Positions 24,105-36,316 of a stretch of 64,000 nucleotides of DNA are shown here, piece by piece. The notes under the pieces were generated by a model, which saw nothing but the letters and a program-made list of their open reading frames with translations, was not told the origin of the DNA and did not search any database. How positions within the stretch are numbered: position 1 is the stretch's first letter; each line of letters starts with the position of its first letter. Source of the stretch: Leucoraja erinacea (Eukaryota); contig NC_073382.1 of the NCBI RefSeq assembly GCF_028641065.1, positions 68,758,001-68,822,000 of the forward strand. Reading direction: 5' to 3'. The position numbers and the translations under genes were made by a program.

Positions 24105-25017
24105 GGATTCCTTTACAAGTATGTGCATTTTTGGTGATGGGTCATTTTTTCCATAAACTAGATCCTACTGTAATTCAGTGTTATGTTGACTGAATTGTCG
24201 TGCTCCTTGAGGCAAGATGTTGAGCTCTGTACTACCAAAACCTCTAAACAAATGGCAGTATCAGGTAGGATTTCACCTATCAAAGCAGCTACACAAAAAG
24301 GGGACTGTATGGGGATCACTGGTTGGCACAGACTAGGTGGACCAAAGGGCCTGTTTCCACGATTTCAAAAACATGAGGATTGCAGTATGTGAGAGAGACA
24401 TTTGAAACACAGTTCCCAAAATTAGAACTGGGTTTGGTTTGACCAGTGTGGGAAGTCAAAGACAGAAATGTCAAAGTGGGAATGTGAGGGGGAGTTTGAC
24501 TAATGGATTGCAGGAAGGTCAGAATCTTTTTTACGGGCAGGATGCAAATACTTGGCAAAGACATCAACTGATAAACTTTCCCCAGTTAAAGGAGCCTACA
24601 ATGTGAGAGGTGAAGATATTGGTTATGGATGCTTGCAAGGAATATACTCAAATCATTTCCACATACTTAATTACTTAATTATGATGACATTGAGACAAAG
24701 CATATGGCCCATCGCCTTCTTTCAGTCCCATTCTCTCTATTTCCCTGCAGCTTGCAACCTATTCTCTCCCACACACCATTCAACCACCCTTTGAGCCTTT
24801 TGTCACTTCCTTAAGGGCCTGTCCTACGCTATTTTTAGAACTCTTCATAATAGGAATGTTTTTATAGCTGCCCATCCCCTTGCTCCTTCACTGTTTCCCC
24901 GGTCCTGCTTTCCTGTTGAACTCCAAGCTGGGCATTTTTTAGCGGACAAGCGGTAGAGGAGACACTACTCTGAGGTTCCCACTGACAACCTCAGAGAGAT
25001 AGACGCCATGCTTTCTT

Positions 25018-25270
25018 GGGACAGCATGATGGTGCAGCGGTTAGTGCTGCTGCCCCACATCTCCTGGAACCCGGGTTCAATCCTGACCTCAGGAGCCATC
25101 CGCACACAATTTTCACCATCATTTCATGACAAATGTGTTTTCTTCCAGATACTCCCAAAATGTGTTTGGAGGTAAACTGGTTACTAAACATTCCCCTTTT
25201 GTGTAGGGAGGTGGCAAAAAGAATTAAAGATGGAGTTGATGGACATATGGGTGAGAACAGGTCACTTAGA
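25018..25270 (+). mobile_element. Old tRNA-derived V-SINE (HE1-like), interrupted by an L2
   Basis: A/B-box-like head (GGTGCAGCGGTTAG...GGGTTCAATCC); the body appears to resume near 26820. Confidence 0.55.
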
Positions 25271-25271
25271 T

Positions 25272-26812
25272 ATAATAATAATAACTTTTATTTATGGGCG
25301 CCTTTCAAGAGTCTCAAGGACACCTTACAAAAATTTAGCAAGTAGAGGAAAAACATGTAACGGGAATTAAATAAATAGTAGAGACATGACTAGTTCACAA
25401 ATTAAAGACAGAATTCAATTCAAAACACAATATGAGGCAATTCAAGCACAGATGAAAAGGGAGGGGGACGTGGGGCTAAGGATAGGCAGAGGTGAAGAGA
25501 TGGGTCTTGAGGCGGGACTGGAAGATGGTGAGGGACACAGAATTGCGGATCAGTTGGGGGAGGGAGTTCCAGAGCCTGGGAGCTGCCCTGGAGAAGGCTC
25601 TGTCCCCAAAACTGCAGCGGTTGGACTTGTGGATGGAGAGGAGACCGGCTGATGTGGATCTGAGGGACCGTGAGGGTTGGTAGGGGGAGAGGAGGTCAGT
25701 GAGATATGGGGGGGGGGCAGATGGTGGAGGGCTTTGTAGGTGAGGACCAGGATTTTGTAGGTGATCCGGTGGGAGATGGGAAGCCAGTGAAGTTGTTTGG
25801 GGACTGGAGTGATGTGATGCCAGGATTTGGTGTGGGTGATGAGTCGGGCGGCTGCGTTCTAGACCAGTTGGAGTCAGTTGATGTAGGTGGAGCTGATGCC
25901 AAGGAGAAGTGAGTTGCAGTAGTCCAGTCGGGAGGAGATGAAGGCATGGATGAGTCTTTCAGCAGCGGGCAGTGTGAGAGAGGGTCTGAGTTTGGCGATG
26001 TTGCGGAGATGAAAGAAGGAGGTTTTAATGACATGGTGGATGTGAGGCTCAAGGGAGAGGGTGGAATCAAAGATCACGCCAAGGTTGCGGGCCTGGGGAG
26101 ATGGGGAGACAGTGGTGCCGTCGATGGTGAGAGTGGGGTTATTGATTTTGCTGAGTGTAGATTTGGAGCCTATGAGGAGGAATTCTGTTTTATCGCTGTT
26201 GAGTTTGAGGAAGTTATGTTGCATCCAGGTTTTTTATAGCTGACAAACGGGAGTTGATATGAGAGAGGGGGGGGGGGGGGGCTTGTGGGGGGATTTGGTG
26301 CCGAGGTAGATCTGGGTGTCATCGGCGTAACGGTGGAAGTCCAGGTTGAAGTGGCGGAGTATCTGACCAAGAGGGAGGATGTAGATGATGAAGAGGAGGG
26401 GGCCGAGTACGGAGCCTTGGGGATCGCCTTGAGTGACTGTGGCTGTAGCAGAGGTGTGGTTGTGGAGAGAGATGAAGTGGGATCTGTTGGAAAGGTAGGA
26501 ACAAAGGTCTTTGAGTCTGGTGAGCAGGATGTTATGGTTCACTGTATCAAAGGCTGCGCTCAGGTCGATGAGGATGTTGAGGGAACCAGTGTCAGCAGAG
26601 GTGAGGAGGTCGTCGAGGACTTTGAGGAGAGCTGTTTCTGTGCTACGGAGGGGGCGAAAGCCAGATGGGAGGGTTCAAGTAGGTTATACGCAAGGAGGTG
26701 GGAATGAAGTTGCGACGCAACGATACGCTCCAGGGTTTTTGAAAGAAAGGGGAGGTTTGAGATTGGGTGGTAGTTAATGAGAGAGGAGGGATCAAGACCA
26801 GGTTTCTTTAAG
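25272..26812 (-). mobile_element. L2 (LINE2-clade) 5'-truncated element
   Basis: PQGSVLGPLLF, HRYADDTQIY, NFLKLNSDKTEFLLIG and SRLDYCNSLL motifs; L2-type 3' stem-loop end with (TAT)n tail. Confidence 0.9.
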
Positions 26813-27504
26813 ATTCTTTAATATAGGGGAGGGGGAAAGGACTGACGGTATTGCTCATGAGCCAGCATTAACTTGATGACTCCTCTTGTATCATTAAAAG
26901 AAGATGTTTCACATACAGTATAGGAGCAACGATGTCGGAAAAATAAAAAAGATTTCCTGTTTACCCATAAGTTAATTTTTCTCCTCCTTTCACATATCAA
27001 AGAAACATTTGAACGAACACATTTTACCAAAGATTTTCATAAATTATCTTTACTGGAATCAGAATGTTGGCTGAATGAATGGAACTCACTGACACTGAGG
27101 AAGGTGAAGCCATCTTTGCAGAATTCTTTGGACAAAAAGTGCCATTTTGAAGACTTTCAGTAATGCTTAGCTCTCTTTTAAATGATAAAATCATAAACCA
27201 TTATTTAATTATTTAAATCATAAACGTTTTCGCAATGCACGGTCTGGAATAGTGTGAAGCGCAGACCGCTGTTTCAACATTTTTAAACTATTATTGACTT
27301 CCTGCATCATATCAGAGTCAAAGGTGAAGCTTCAGGCTGTATGTAATTGTCATCATGAGGGCTGTGCAATTTTAATTCCCAAACTTTTGTATATGATGCC
27401 TCTTGCTCCTTTTGGGTGAAGAATCAAGATGTGACATATTTCTTCTCTGATCTTACTCCTGACTCAATCACTGAACCACATTTTGTTCTGCAGCAAGCTA
27501 ATGT

Positions 27505-27836
27505 TTAGTTTAGTTTTTTGTTTAGTTTAGAGATACAGCGTGGAAACAGGCCCTTCGGCCCACCGAGTCCGCACTGACCAGCGATCCGACACACACTAGG
27601 GACAATTTATATTTATACCAAGCCAATTAATCTAAAAACCTGTCAGTCTTTGGAATGTGGGAGGAAAACAAAGATCTCGGAGAAAACCCACCCGGTCACG
27701 GGGAGAATGTTCAAACTCCGTACAGAGTTTGTATGTACCTGTACATACCTGTACCTGTAGTCGGGATCGAACCCGGATCTCCGTTGCTGCAAGTGTTGTA
27801 TGGCTGCAACTCTACCGCTTCGCCACCATGCTGCCG
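27505..27836 (-). mobile_element. tRNA-derived V-SINE (HE1-like)
   Basis: The reverse complement has a tRNA head (GGTGGCGAAGCGGTAGAG...GGGTTCGATCC), a V-domain-like core and a CR1-like tail ending (CTAAA)n. Confidence 0.8.
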
Positions 27837-28319
27837 TGATGTGACAGTGAGTAACTGTGGGAAAGGCGAGTGGAATTGTGTGTGATTTGTGCATATGTAG
27901 TCTGTGCACTGGGAGGAAATGCAACAGGGAATATCATGAGAGAAGCTATAAATGTAAAGCCAAGTGTGTGAAATGTGAGATGGGAAGGAGTGCTAATGTG
28001 TTCACTAAAGTGTTAGGGTGAAGGAAAGACTTGAGGACAAGTGAAGAAAAGATGAATATGTTAGGAATGAGCATGAGAGGTGCCACCTTGTGATTGGTAA
28101 TGTAGAATGCGATAAAGGGAATTGTTCTGTGTGTGAAACAGGAAAAGATGTTATTTCGTGAGATGAAATGCTGTGCTCAACTATTGAGATTAAGGTCAAT
28201 AACCAATAGTGCTTGAGACCACTAAACAAATAATAAGCAACGGAACACACAAAATACATTTTAACATAAACATCCACCCCAGTGACTCCTCCGCATTCCT
28301 CACTGTGATGGAAGTCGAA

Positions 28320-28752
28320 AAATCTCTCTTAGAAGCCTGAGGACTATAGACCAGTGAGCATACTATCTGTGAAGACGATTTTGAGGGTTAAAATATATGT
28401 GCATTCGGATAGACGGGCTAATTAAGGATACCCAGCATGATTATGTATGCGGGAGATCATATCTTACGAATCTGATTGAGTTTATTTGAAGAAGTAACCA
28501 AAGAGGCTATGACAAACCCATAGATGTTGTCTGCATGGACATCAACAAGGCGTTTAATAGGTATCTGCATGGTAGGCTGCTCTGTAGGATTAGATCACAT
28601 GGGATCCAGGAAAGGAAGATGATCCGGAGAAAACACACGCTGTCACAGGGAGAACGTACAAAATCCGTACGGACAGCACCCGTAGTCAAGATCGAACCTG
28701 GGTCTCTGGCACTGTAAGGCAGTAACTCTACAGCTGCACCACTGTACCACCT
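28320..28752. mobile_element. CR1 fragment (+) followed by a V-SINE 5' half (-)
   Basis: YRPVS and MDINKAF remnants, then a reverse-strand tRNA head at ~28680-28752. Confidence 0.6.
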
Positions 28753-29145
28753 CACCTATTGTAGGTTGCCCACTTTACACATTTAATGGGGGTTTTTTTG
28801 CCAATACTTCCCTTAATCATTGTTTGCCTCTCACACTGAAATCACAGTACAAAAAGAGCAGATGGTAAATCTGTGGCTTGGGTCACTTTCTCCCAAATTT
28901 CATCCACCTAATTCTCCCACCTTGCCATCGGGGGGGGGTGGGGAGGGGGTTACTCTTTGACGTCAATGCCTATTTTGCAACTATATGGAGAATGCATAAA
29001 TTATTTCACAGCTTCTTTCTCTCCTTGTGAGTTTTTTTTCAGAAATGTTCATAATTTCAAGATAATTTGGTAGCTTGAAAGTGAACAGGCAAACGTAACA
29101 AGACAACGACAAATGCTCTGTTCTTCTTTGTGGAATTTGTATATT

Positions 29146-29472
29146 AGAAACATAGAAATTAGGTACAGGAGTCGGCCATTCAGCCCTTCGAGCCTGCACC
29201 GCCATTCAATATGATCATGGCTGATCATCCAACTCAGTATCCCGTACCTGCCTTCTCTCCATACCCCCTGATCCCCTTAGCCAGAAGGGCCACATCTAAC
29301 TCCCTCTTAAATATAGCCAATGAACTGGCCTCAACTACCCTCTGTGGCAGAGAGTTCCAGAGATTCACCACTCTCTGTGTGAAAAAAGTTCTTCTCATCT
29401 CGGTTTTAAAGGATTTCCCCCTTATCCTTAAACTGTGACCCCTTGTCCTGGACTTCCCCAACATCGGGAACA
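29146..29472 (-). mobile_element. Young CR1 3' end
   Basis: ORF 29234-29473 is almost identical to the C-terminus of ORF 11545-12342. Confidence 0.93.
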
Positions 29473-29729
29473 TATTGATTAATTTAATTGTTTATTGCCA
29501 GGCCTGGTTGGTCTTTTCTCGCTGCCAGCTCTTCACCACCAATCACTCTCCCCCCCAGCTGCACCCCCAAAGTCAAGTCAAGAGAGTTTATTGTCATGTG
29601 TCTCAGATAGGACATTGAAATTCTTGCTTGCTGCAGCACAACAGAATATTGTAGGCATAAATACAGATCAGATCAGTGTGTCCATATACCATAGAATATA
29701 TATATACACACATAAATAAACAGATAAAG

Positions 29730-31345
29730 GCGCGGGTGCAACCAAGACGACATTGGGAAGAAGAAGCCCAGCCCAGCCCAGCGCCGAAAAAGCATTGCAG
29801 CGGCCAGTGGTGTACAGCCGATGTTGTTGGTGCTACTACCATCATCGATACGGGCCCGAAGCCTGAAGATGTCGGAGCCCCTGCTCGTACCAGGGAAATG
29901 TCTCGGCCAATCGTCCATAAAGGCGAAGGCGATCGGCCCGAACCAACGCCTCTACGTCCATGATCGCCATTCCGGCCACCGTTTCCTGGTGGACTCTGGT
30001 GCCCATTGCCAGCAGCCTGCCTCCGAGCGCCCAAGATACCCCGCATCGGTAAGGTAGGACCTGTCCTCTCAGCTGTTAACGGGAGCGACATTCTCACCTA
30101 CGGTATGCAGACCCTGGACTTAAATTTCGACTACCGCCCGTACAGGTGGAAGTTTTCCGTTGCTGACGTTGTCCAACCAATCCTGGGGCCGATTTCTGCG
30201 CACGTTCTCCCTGTTAGTCGATGTGCGAGGCGGACGCATGGTCCCTGTGTCGGACCTGTGCCCTGCCAAGCCGCGTAATTCGTCCACGCCCCTACAGCAA
30301 CTCGACGAGGTAGCTGAGATCCAGCAACCTTTCTCAGCCCTAGCTCAACGATTTCCCAGGGTTGCTCACGCCCAGGTTTGACGGGGCCGCGCCCTGTCAT
30401 GGCGTGGTCCACCACATTCTCACTGAGGGCCCACCGGTTCACGCCTGCACGCGCCGCCTCCCGCCCGATAATCTGCTCATCGCACGAGACGAGTTCCAGC
30501 TTATGTAGTACATGGGGATAGTCTGGCAGTCGGATAGCCCTTGGGCTTCCCCGCTGCACATGGTACCCAAAGCGTCCGGGGGTTGGAGACCTTGCGGTGA
30601 TTACAGGTGTCTAAACACGGTAACCACAGCAGATCGGTACCCAGTCCCGAACATCCAGGATTTCTCTGCTCATCTAGAAGGCGCTACCTTCTTCTCGTAT
30701 GTCGACCTTATTCGTGGGTAAAATCAAATAAGATGGCCATAAACCCCCCTTTCGGCCTTTTCGAATGGCTCAGAATGCCTTTTGGCCCGAAGAACGCAGC
30801 TCAGGCGTTCCAAAGGTTAATGGATCAGGTCGGTCGGGGTTTGCCGTTCATATTCATCCACCTCGATGATATTCTGGTGGCCATCAGCTCGCAGGCAGAG
30901 CATGTCGGGCATCTCCGCCTGCTCTTGGAACGGCTGCGTAAGCACGGGTTGGTGATCAACCCCGCGGTGCCAGTTCGGATTGCGTTCCATTTCATTCTTG
31001 GGTCACAGCATTACCTGCCACGGCGTGCAGCCGCTGCCCGAGAAGGACAACGCTATCCGTCGCTTCCCGAGGCCCCGATCTTTCAAGGGCCTGCAGGAGT
31101 TTATCGAGATGGTTAATTTCTACCACCGATTCGTCCCGTCAGCAGCCGCCATCATGCGGCCGTTATTCCAATGCCTGGCCGGTAAGCCTAAGAACCTGGT
31201 CTGGTTCAAGGAGGCAGAGAAGGCGTTTGTGGGGGCTAAGACTGCATTGGCCAATGCACTATGCTGGAACACCCTATGGCGTCAGCCCAAACAGCCCTCA
31301 CCGTGGACACTTCCGACGTCACGATAGGCGCCACCCTCGAGCAAC
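29730..31345 (+). mobile_element. Gypsy LTR retrotransposon internal fragment (CsRN1-like)
   Basis: Gag end CYYHHRYGPEA*RCRSPC, protease RFLVDSGA, RT WASPLHMVPK...WRPCGDYRCLN, YPVPNIQDF, RMPFG.KNAAQAFQRLMD, HLDDIL and FYHRFVP. Frameshifted; no LTRs seen. Confidence 0.88.
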
Positions 31346-34109
31346 GAGTAGTTCCTTGGTTTTGCTGGTGTTGAGAGCCAGGTTATTCTGCTGGCACCAT
31401 TTGGTCAAGAAGGGTCTTTACCCCGAATCGTCACCTATCCTCTTTCTGTGGAGATGCTGCCTGACCCGATGAGTTACTCCATTACTTTGTGTCTATATTC
31501 CATGCCAATTTGAAAGGAAAACAATCCCCTTTTCTTCCAGGTTGCTGTGGCAATGTCATCTGAATTGAAAATTTGTATCTTATTGATAGGAAGGCAACTT
31601 AAATTCAAAATGATATAAGGCTGCATGCTACTAGGCAATGAGATATTAAAGGGAAGTCCTGAAGGTCCAATTACCACTTAAACCGATATTAGAATTAAAA
31701 ATGACAGATATAGATTTATAATTGCTAGTAAGTACTGTACTGCACTGACCTATGTAAATAAATCATTGGTTGTTGCTTCTAGTTTGAACCACCCATTTTA
31801 TCAGAATCACTCTACATGTTCAGACACATGCAAGTGAAGGGAGCTGTAGCTAATGACACCGTCATTTCAATTCAGACATCAAAAAAGCTGTTTTTATGCT
31901 CACATCTGTGCTTTTATTAAAATCACTACTTTGCATCAAATAACAGAAGAGCAAAGTATAGTTTTTGTTTTAAAAGACTGTTTTCAAAGTACGTTTTCAT
32001 ACTCGGCTTCATGCATCATACGATCCATTCATCACTTGAAAGAATGTGTTTAGCAATGTAATCATCTTGCTGTAACGCTTCCAGCTAAAGACAAGTTCCA
32101 CCAACACACCTGACAGACACAAGTCCAGACATAGCTGCATTCCTCTATCAGAAGAAATTGCTAACAGTTGCCTCATAATGTTCTCCAAGCTGTGAGTTCG
32201 TTGTTTCGAAATGATGTGGATTACTTAGCAAATGCTGCAAAACTCTTAGCACCAAAGGCTTTACATTTCTCTTTTACAAGGTAAGAAACTGAAAATGGAA
32301 CTTGTACTCAGATATACCAAACAATATTTGAATGTTTAATGATGATAAGAGTTCTTGTTGCTCCATGATTTGAGAACAAAGACAATTCTGAGCATGTGAA
32401 ACGTGACCACTGCTTGTAAAACAAGCACCATTGCCTTTATTTCCCAGAGAACATTATTGATTATGGTTCAAATGTTTGAGGAGTTAAGCGTGAGAGTTGG
32501 ATTATTTAAAACTTATTTCTTATGGAATGTGGTGTTACTAAACATACACTTTATGGGATCTGGTTCCCGGGTATGGAACTGCAGTGTGCAATTGCTTAGC
32601 ACTGTGTTGCAATCACTGTTCACGACTCATTTTTAACATGGCTGCTCCTGCAGGGGAATATAATAATAATAATAATAATAATGGTAATAATAATCAAAAG
32701 TCATCAATGCATGCTTGCATGTTTGAATATTTTTTTTGCGATCATTTTACAGAGTCCTTTTCATATAAAATTGGAATCCCATGTAAGCTTATTGAGTTAC
32801 AGTAATATGATCTACTTAATTGTCCAATATTCTGAAAGCATTCTATCAGCCTTGTGATACATATTGTACGTACAGTCTTATTGTTGATTAATCATAGCCT
32901 TTATTCCAACTGGGTATTGTGGGAATTCCATGGTTTGCTTATTTTGATTTAATAGTTTAACTTGGCTCTCAACAAAGCATTATACCTCAAATGCCTGTTC
33001 AATGCTTATATGGTAGACAATCCTTTTCATTTAAAAGCATGCAAAAAAATGTTTTTTTTAAAGTTGATTTCGCTAACATTGAGTTGAAAACTGGCCAGCT
33101 AATTGTGTTAGAGGCATTTAACAAACAGTTGGCTAGGGGGACGTGTGCGATTTGCTCAGTGGGGCTTAATAATTTTATTATCTGTTTAGTTTATAAATTT
33201 ACATTGTGTGAATCAGTCGGCTAGGAAGAAATCCGCCTGCATTTATTTTCTCTGCTTTAAGGTATCCCTGCAGTAAGCCCCATGTGCAATATGGTCTCCT
33301 GTGATGCTGACACAACCAACCAGACAAAACTTATCCCCTTAGTTGATGCATAAAGGGTAGATGTCCAAAAAAATAATTGTGGCATCAGTGGAAATGAATC
33401 GCACCCAATTCATTTAACTGTTGTTAAAGCTGTACATATAGCAACTCCAGGTAAAACTACATGAATGGGCCCCAATTTTATTATTAACCTTATTGTACTA
33501 GGAAAGTAAATTAAGTACAATATATTGGTAAGCAGGGAATTAGACTGGAGTTGTAGGTAAAACAACTCTTCCAACATGACACCCCCCCCCCCACTAAGGA
33601 CATGCACAAAGGTAACTTTGTGTATGACATGTGTCTGAAGTATTCAGGAATGCTCACTCAAATTCATAAGCATACTACTATTGCCAAGTGCAGTCTTTTC
33701 AGCAAACAAATTAAAGCTCAATCATAACTATGAAACAAAGCACCAACAGGACTCATATGGAATCATACTGAATGTCATGTAAGAAAAGAAAGACATAGGG
33801 CTGTATATGTATGTTATATTAAAGCCTTACAAAAAGAACAACAACATTCTGGTCTTGATCACGAGATATGGAATATAAAAGTCAATACAGGGCAAAGAAC
33901 TACATTAAGCTTTAAAAGTCCTCATGGTACTGAATATAACATTGGGCTGCAGTATTGGGATTTGGAAGTTTCATACCCTGCTTCATACAAACAGCAGACA
34001 GAAAAACAGTCATCAGCGACTCATTGCAAAGGTAGGGTATTTTTTCATTGATTATTACAGATTCCAAATCAGTGTGATAAAAGTGTTGCCCTCTAGTTTT
34101 AGATTCCGC

Positions 34110-34680
34110 TAGCCTGGGAAATAAAGAATGTGACCGTCCATCTTAACCATGCTGCTCATGATTTTATGAACCTCCACAAGGCTCAGCCTCATTCTCTCAT
34201 GGGAAAATAGTCCCTCCTTATTACAGTCCAGTCTATCCTTATTACCCAAGCCCTCCAGTTCCAGCAGCATCCATGTGAATCTGTTCAGCACCCTCCCTAG
34301 CTTAATCACATCCGTCCTAAAGAATGGTGACCACAACTGCACACAATATTCCAGGTGCGGTCTCACCATCGACTTGCAAACCTGTAAAATAATGTCCCGA
34401 CTTTAGTTGCCATTCGGAGATACAAGGAATTGCAGAAGCTGTATAACTCAGCAGATCAGGCACAGCTCTGCAGAACATGGATAGGTGATGTTTTGGATCA
34501 GGACCCATTTGCATACTTCAATCACACCTTATACCTGTGTCGCCACATTCAGGGAACTATGTGCTTTTCCCCCTGGGTCTCTCTTTTCTACGACACTCCC
34601 CAGGACCCCGTCATTTAGTGTGTATGTCTTGCCCGAGGTCATCTTCTCAAAATCCATCACTTCACACTCATATATAAATT
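34110..34680 (-). mobile_element. Old CR1 fragment
   Basis: ORF 34109-34369 begins VRPHLEYCVQLWSP. Confidence 0.75.
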
Positions 34681-35136
34681 CCAAAATCCCAAGGGTGCTA
34701 GGAAGGAAGGGCATAAGTACAGGAATAAGAACATAAAATGTAACCAGTATAATTGATTGACCTTATGATCTTCTGGATAATTGATCTCATTTATTGTTCT
34801 GTCCAATGCAGTATTTTTTTATATTTTTACTGTGTGAAAGTCCTTTTTTTGGGAAGGGTATATAGTTAAGCAGGTAAACTATTGCTTGAAGTTTGATACC
34901 TAATCTACTGGACAGATTTTGTTAAATTCTGAAAGATGCAGATAAATTGAGGCAAATAAATTATTTTGATACAATTATAAGTTCTGCAATCAGAGTTGTG
35001 GACTAAAAGTCAAATGTTAAATAGTGGAGCAGACAGTCTAGAGTTAACTATATTATACAAAGGAGATGCTGGAAATAGAAAATATTAGTAAATTTAAGAA
35101 GGAACCTGATAGGACTTTTTATTTTAAATAACCAAT

Positions 35137-36316
35137 GGGCGTCACAGTGGCGTTGCAGTAGAGTTGCTGCCTTACAGCGCCAGAGACCCGGGTTCGATCC
35201 CGACTGCGGGTGCCGTCTGAACGGCATTTGTACATTCTCCTTGTGACCACGTGGGGTTTCTCCAAGTGTTCCGGTTTCCCCCACACTCCAAAGACATACA
35301 GGTTTACCGCCTGAACCAACCTGATCTCCAGGTTGCTGGACACTTTAATTCTCCTTCCCATTCGGTCTCCGCCATTGTCAAATTGAGGCTAAACACAAAT
35401 TGGAGGAACAGCATCTCATATTTCACTTGGGCAGCTTACTGTATGAATTACTGGGTATGAATATTGATTTCTCTCACCAGGTAGCCCCGGCATTCCCTCT
35501 CTCTCTATCCCTCCCCCACCTAAGTCACACACGCTTCTCATTTTCACCCTACAAACAGCTTACAAAGGCCTGTTTCCTTTATCATCGTTTTTTTTTGCAT
35601 ATCTTTCATTCACTGTTTATCTCTCCACATCATCGTCTATATGAAGCAGAGATTCCGTCTCAAGATTCTGCATGACTTGGTTCTCTAACCATGTAAACCT
35701 AATTTAGCTGTTAGAAATGCAGTTGGAACCCATCCATACACACTTTTGTTGCAACAGGTACTATCACAATGTCGAAGAAACATTTAGACATTTAGAACGG
35801 AGATGAGGAAACACTTTTTCACACAGAGAGTTGTGAGTCTGTAGAATTCTCTGCCTCAGAGGGCGGTGGAGGCTGGCTCTCTGGATACTTTCAAGAGAGA
35901 GCTAGATAAGGCTCTTGAAGATAATGAAGTCAGGGGATATGTGGAGAAGGCAGGAATGGGGTACTGATTGTGGAGGATCAGCCATGATCACATTGAATGG
36001 CGGTGCTGGCTTGAAGGGCCGAGTGGCCTACTCCTGCACCTATTGTCTATTGTCATATCTCTCATTTCCCTTATCCCTACCCTAACCATTCTGAACCGAA
36101 ACATCACCCATTCCTTCTCTCCAGAGATGCTGCCTGTCCCACTGAGTTACTCCGGCTTTTTGTGTCTATCTTTGGTTTATAGGTTAGTTGGCTTCACTTA
36201 AAAAAAAATACATTTTCCCTACTGTGTAGGATAGTATTAGTGTACAGGGTGATTGTTGGTCGGCGTGGACTCGGCAGGCCGAGGGGGCTTGTTTCAATGC
36301 TGTCTAAAGTCTAAAG
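35137..36316 (+). mobile_element. Nested cluster: V-SINE > Penelope 3' fragment > CR1 3' end
   Basis: SINE head 35137-35305 resumes at ~36180; PLE GIY-YIG remnant (VAGHFNSPSH, EEQHLIFHLGSL) 35306-35640 resumes at ~36055; CR1 tail at ~35790-36050. Confidence 0.75.

Noticed and set aside
35137-35210. tRNA-like sequences (also ~25020, ~27760, ~43940, ~53540)
   Set aside because: They are heads of V-SINEs continuing into SINE body and CR1-like tail, not tRNA genes.
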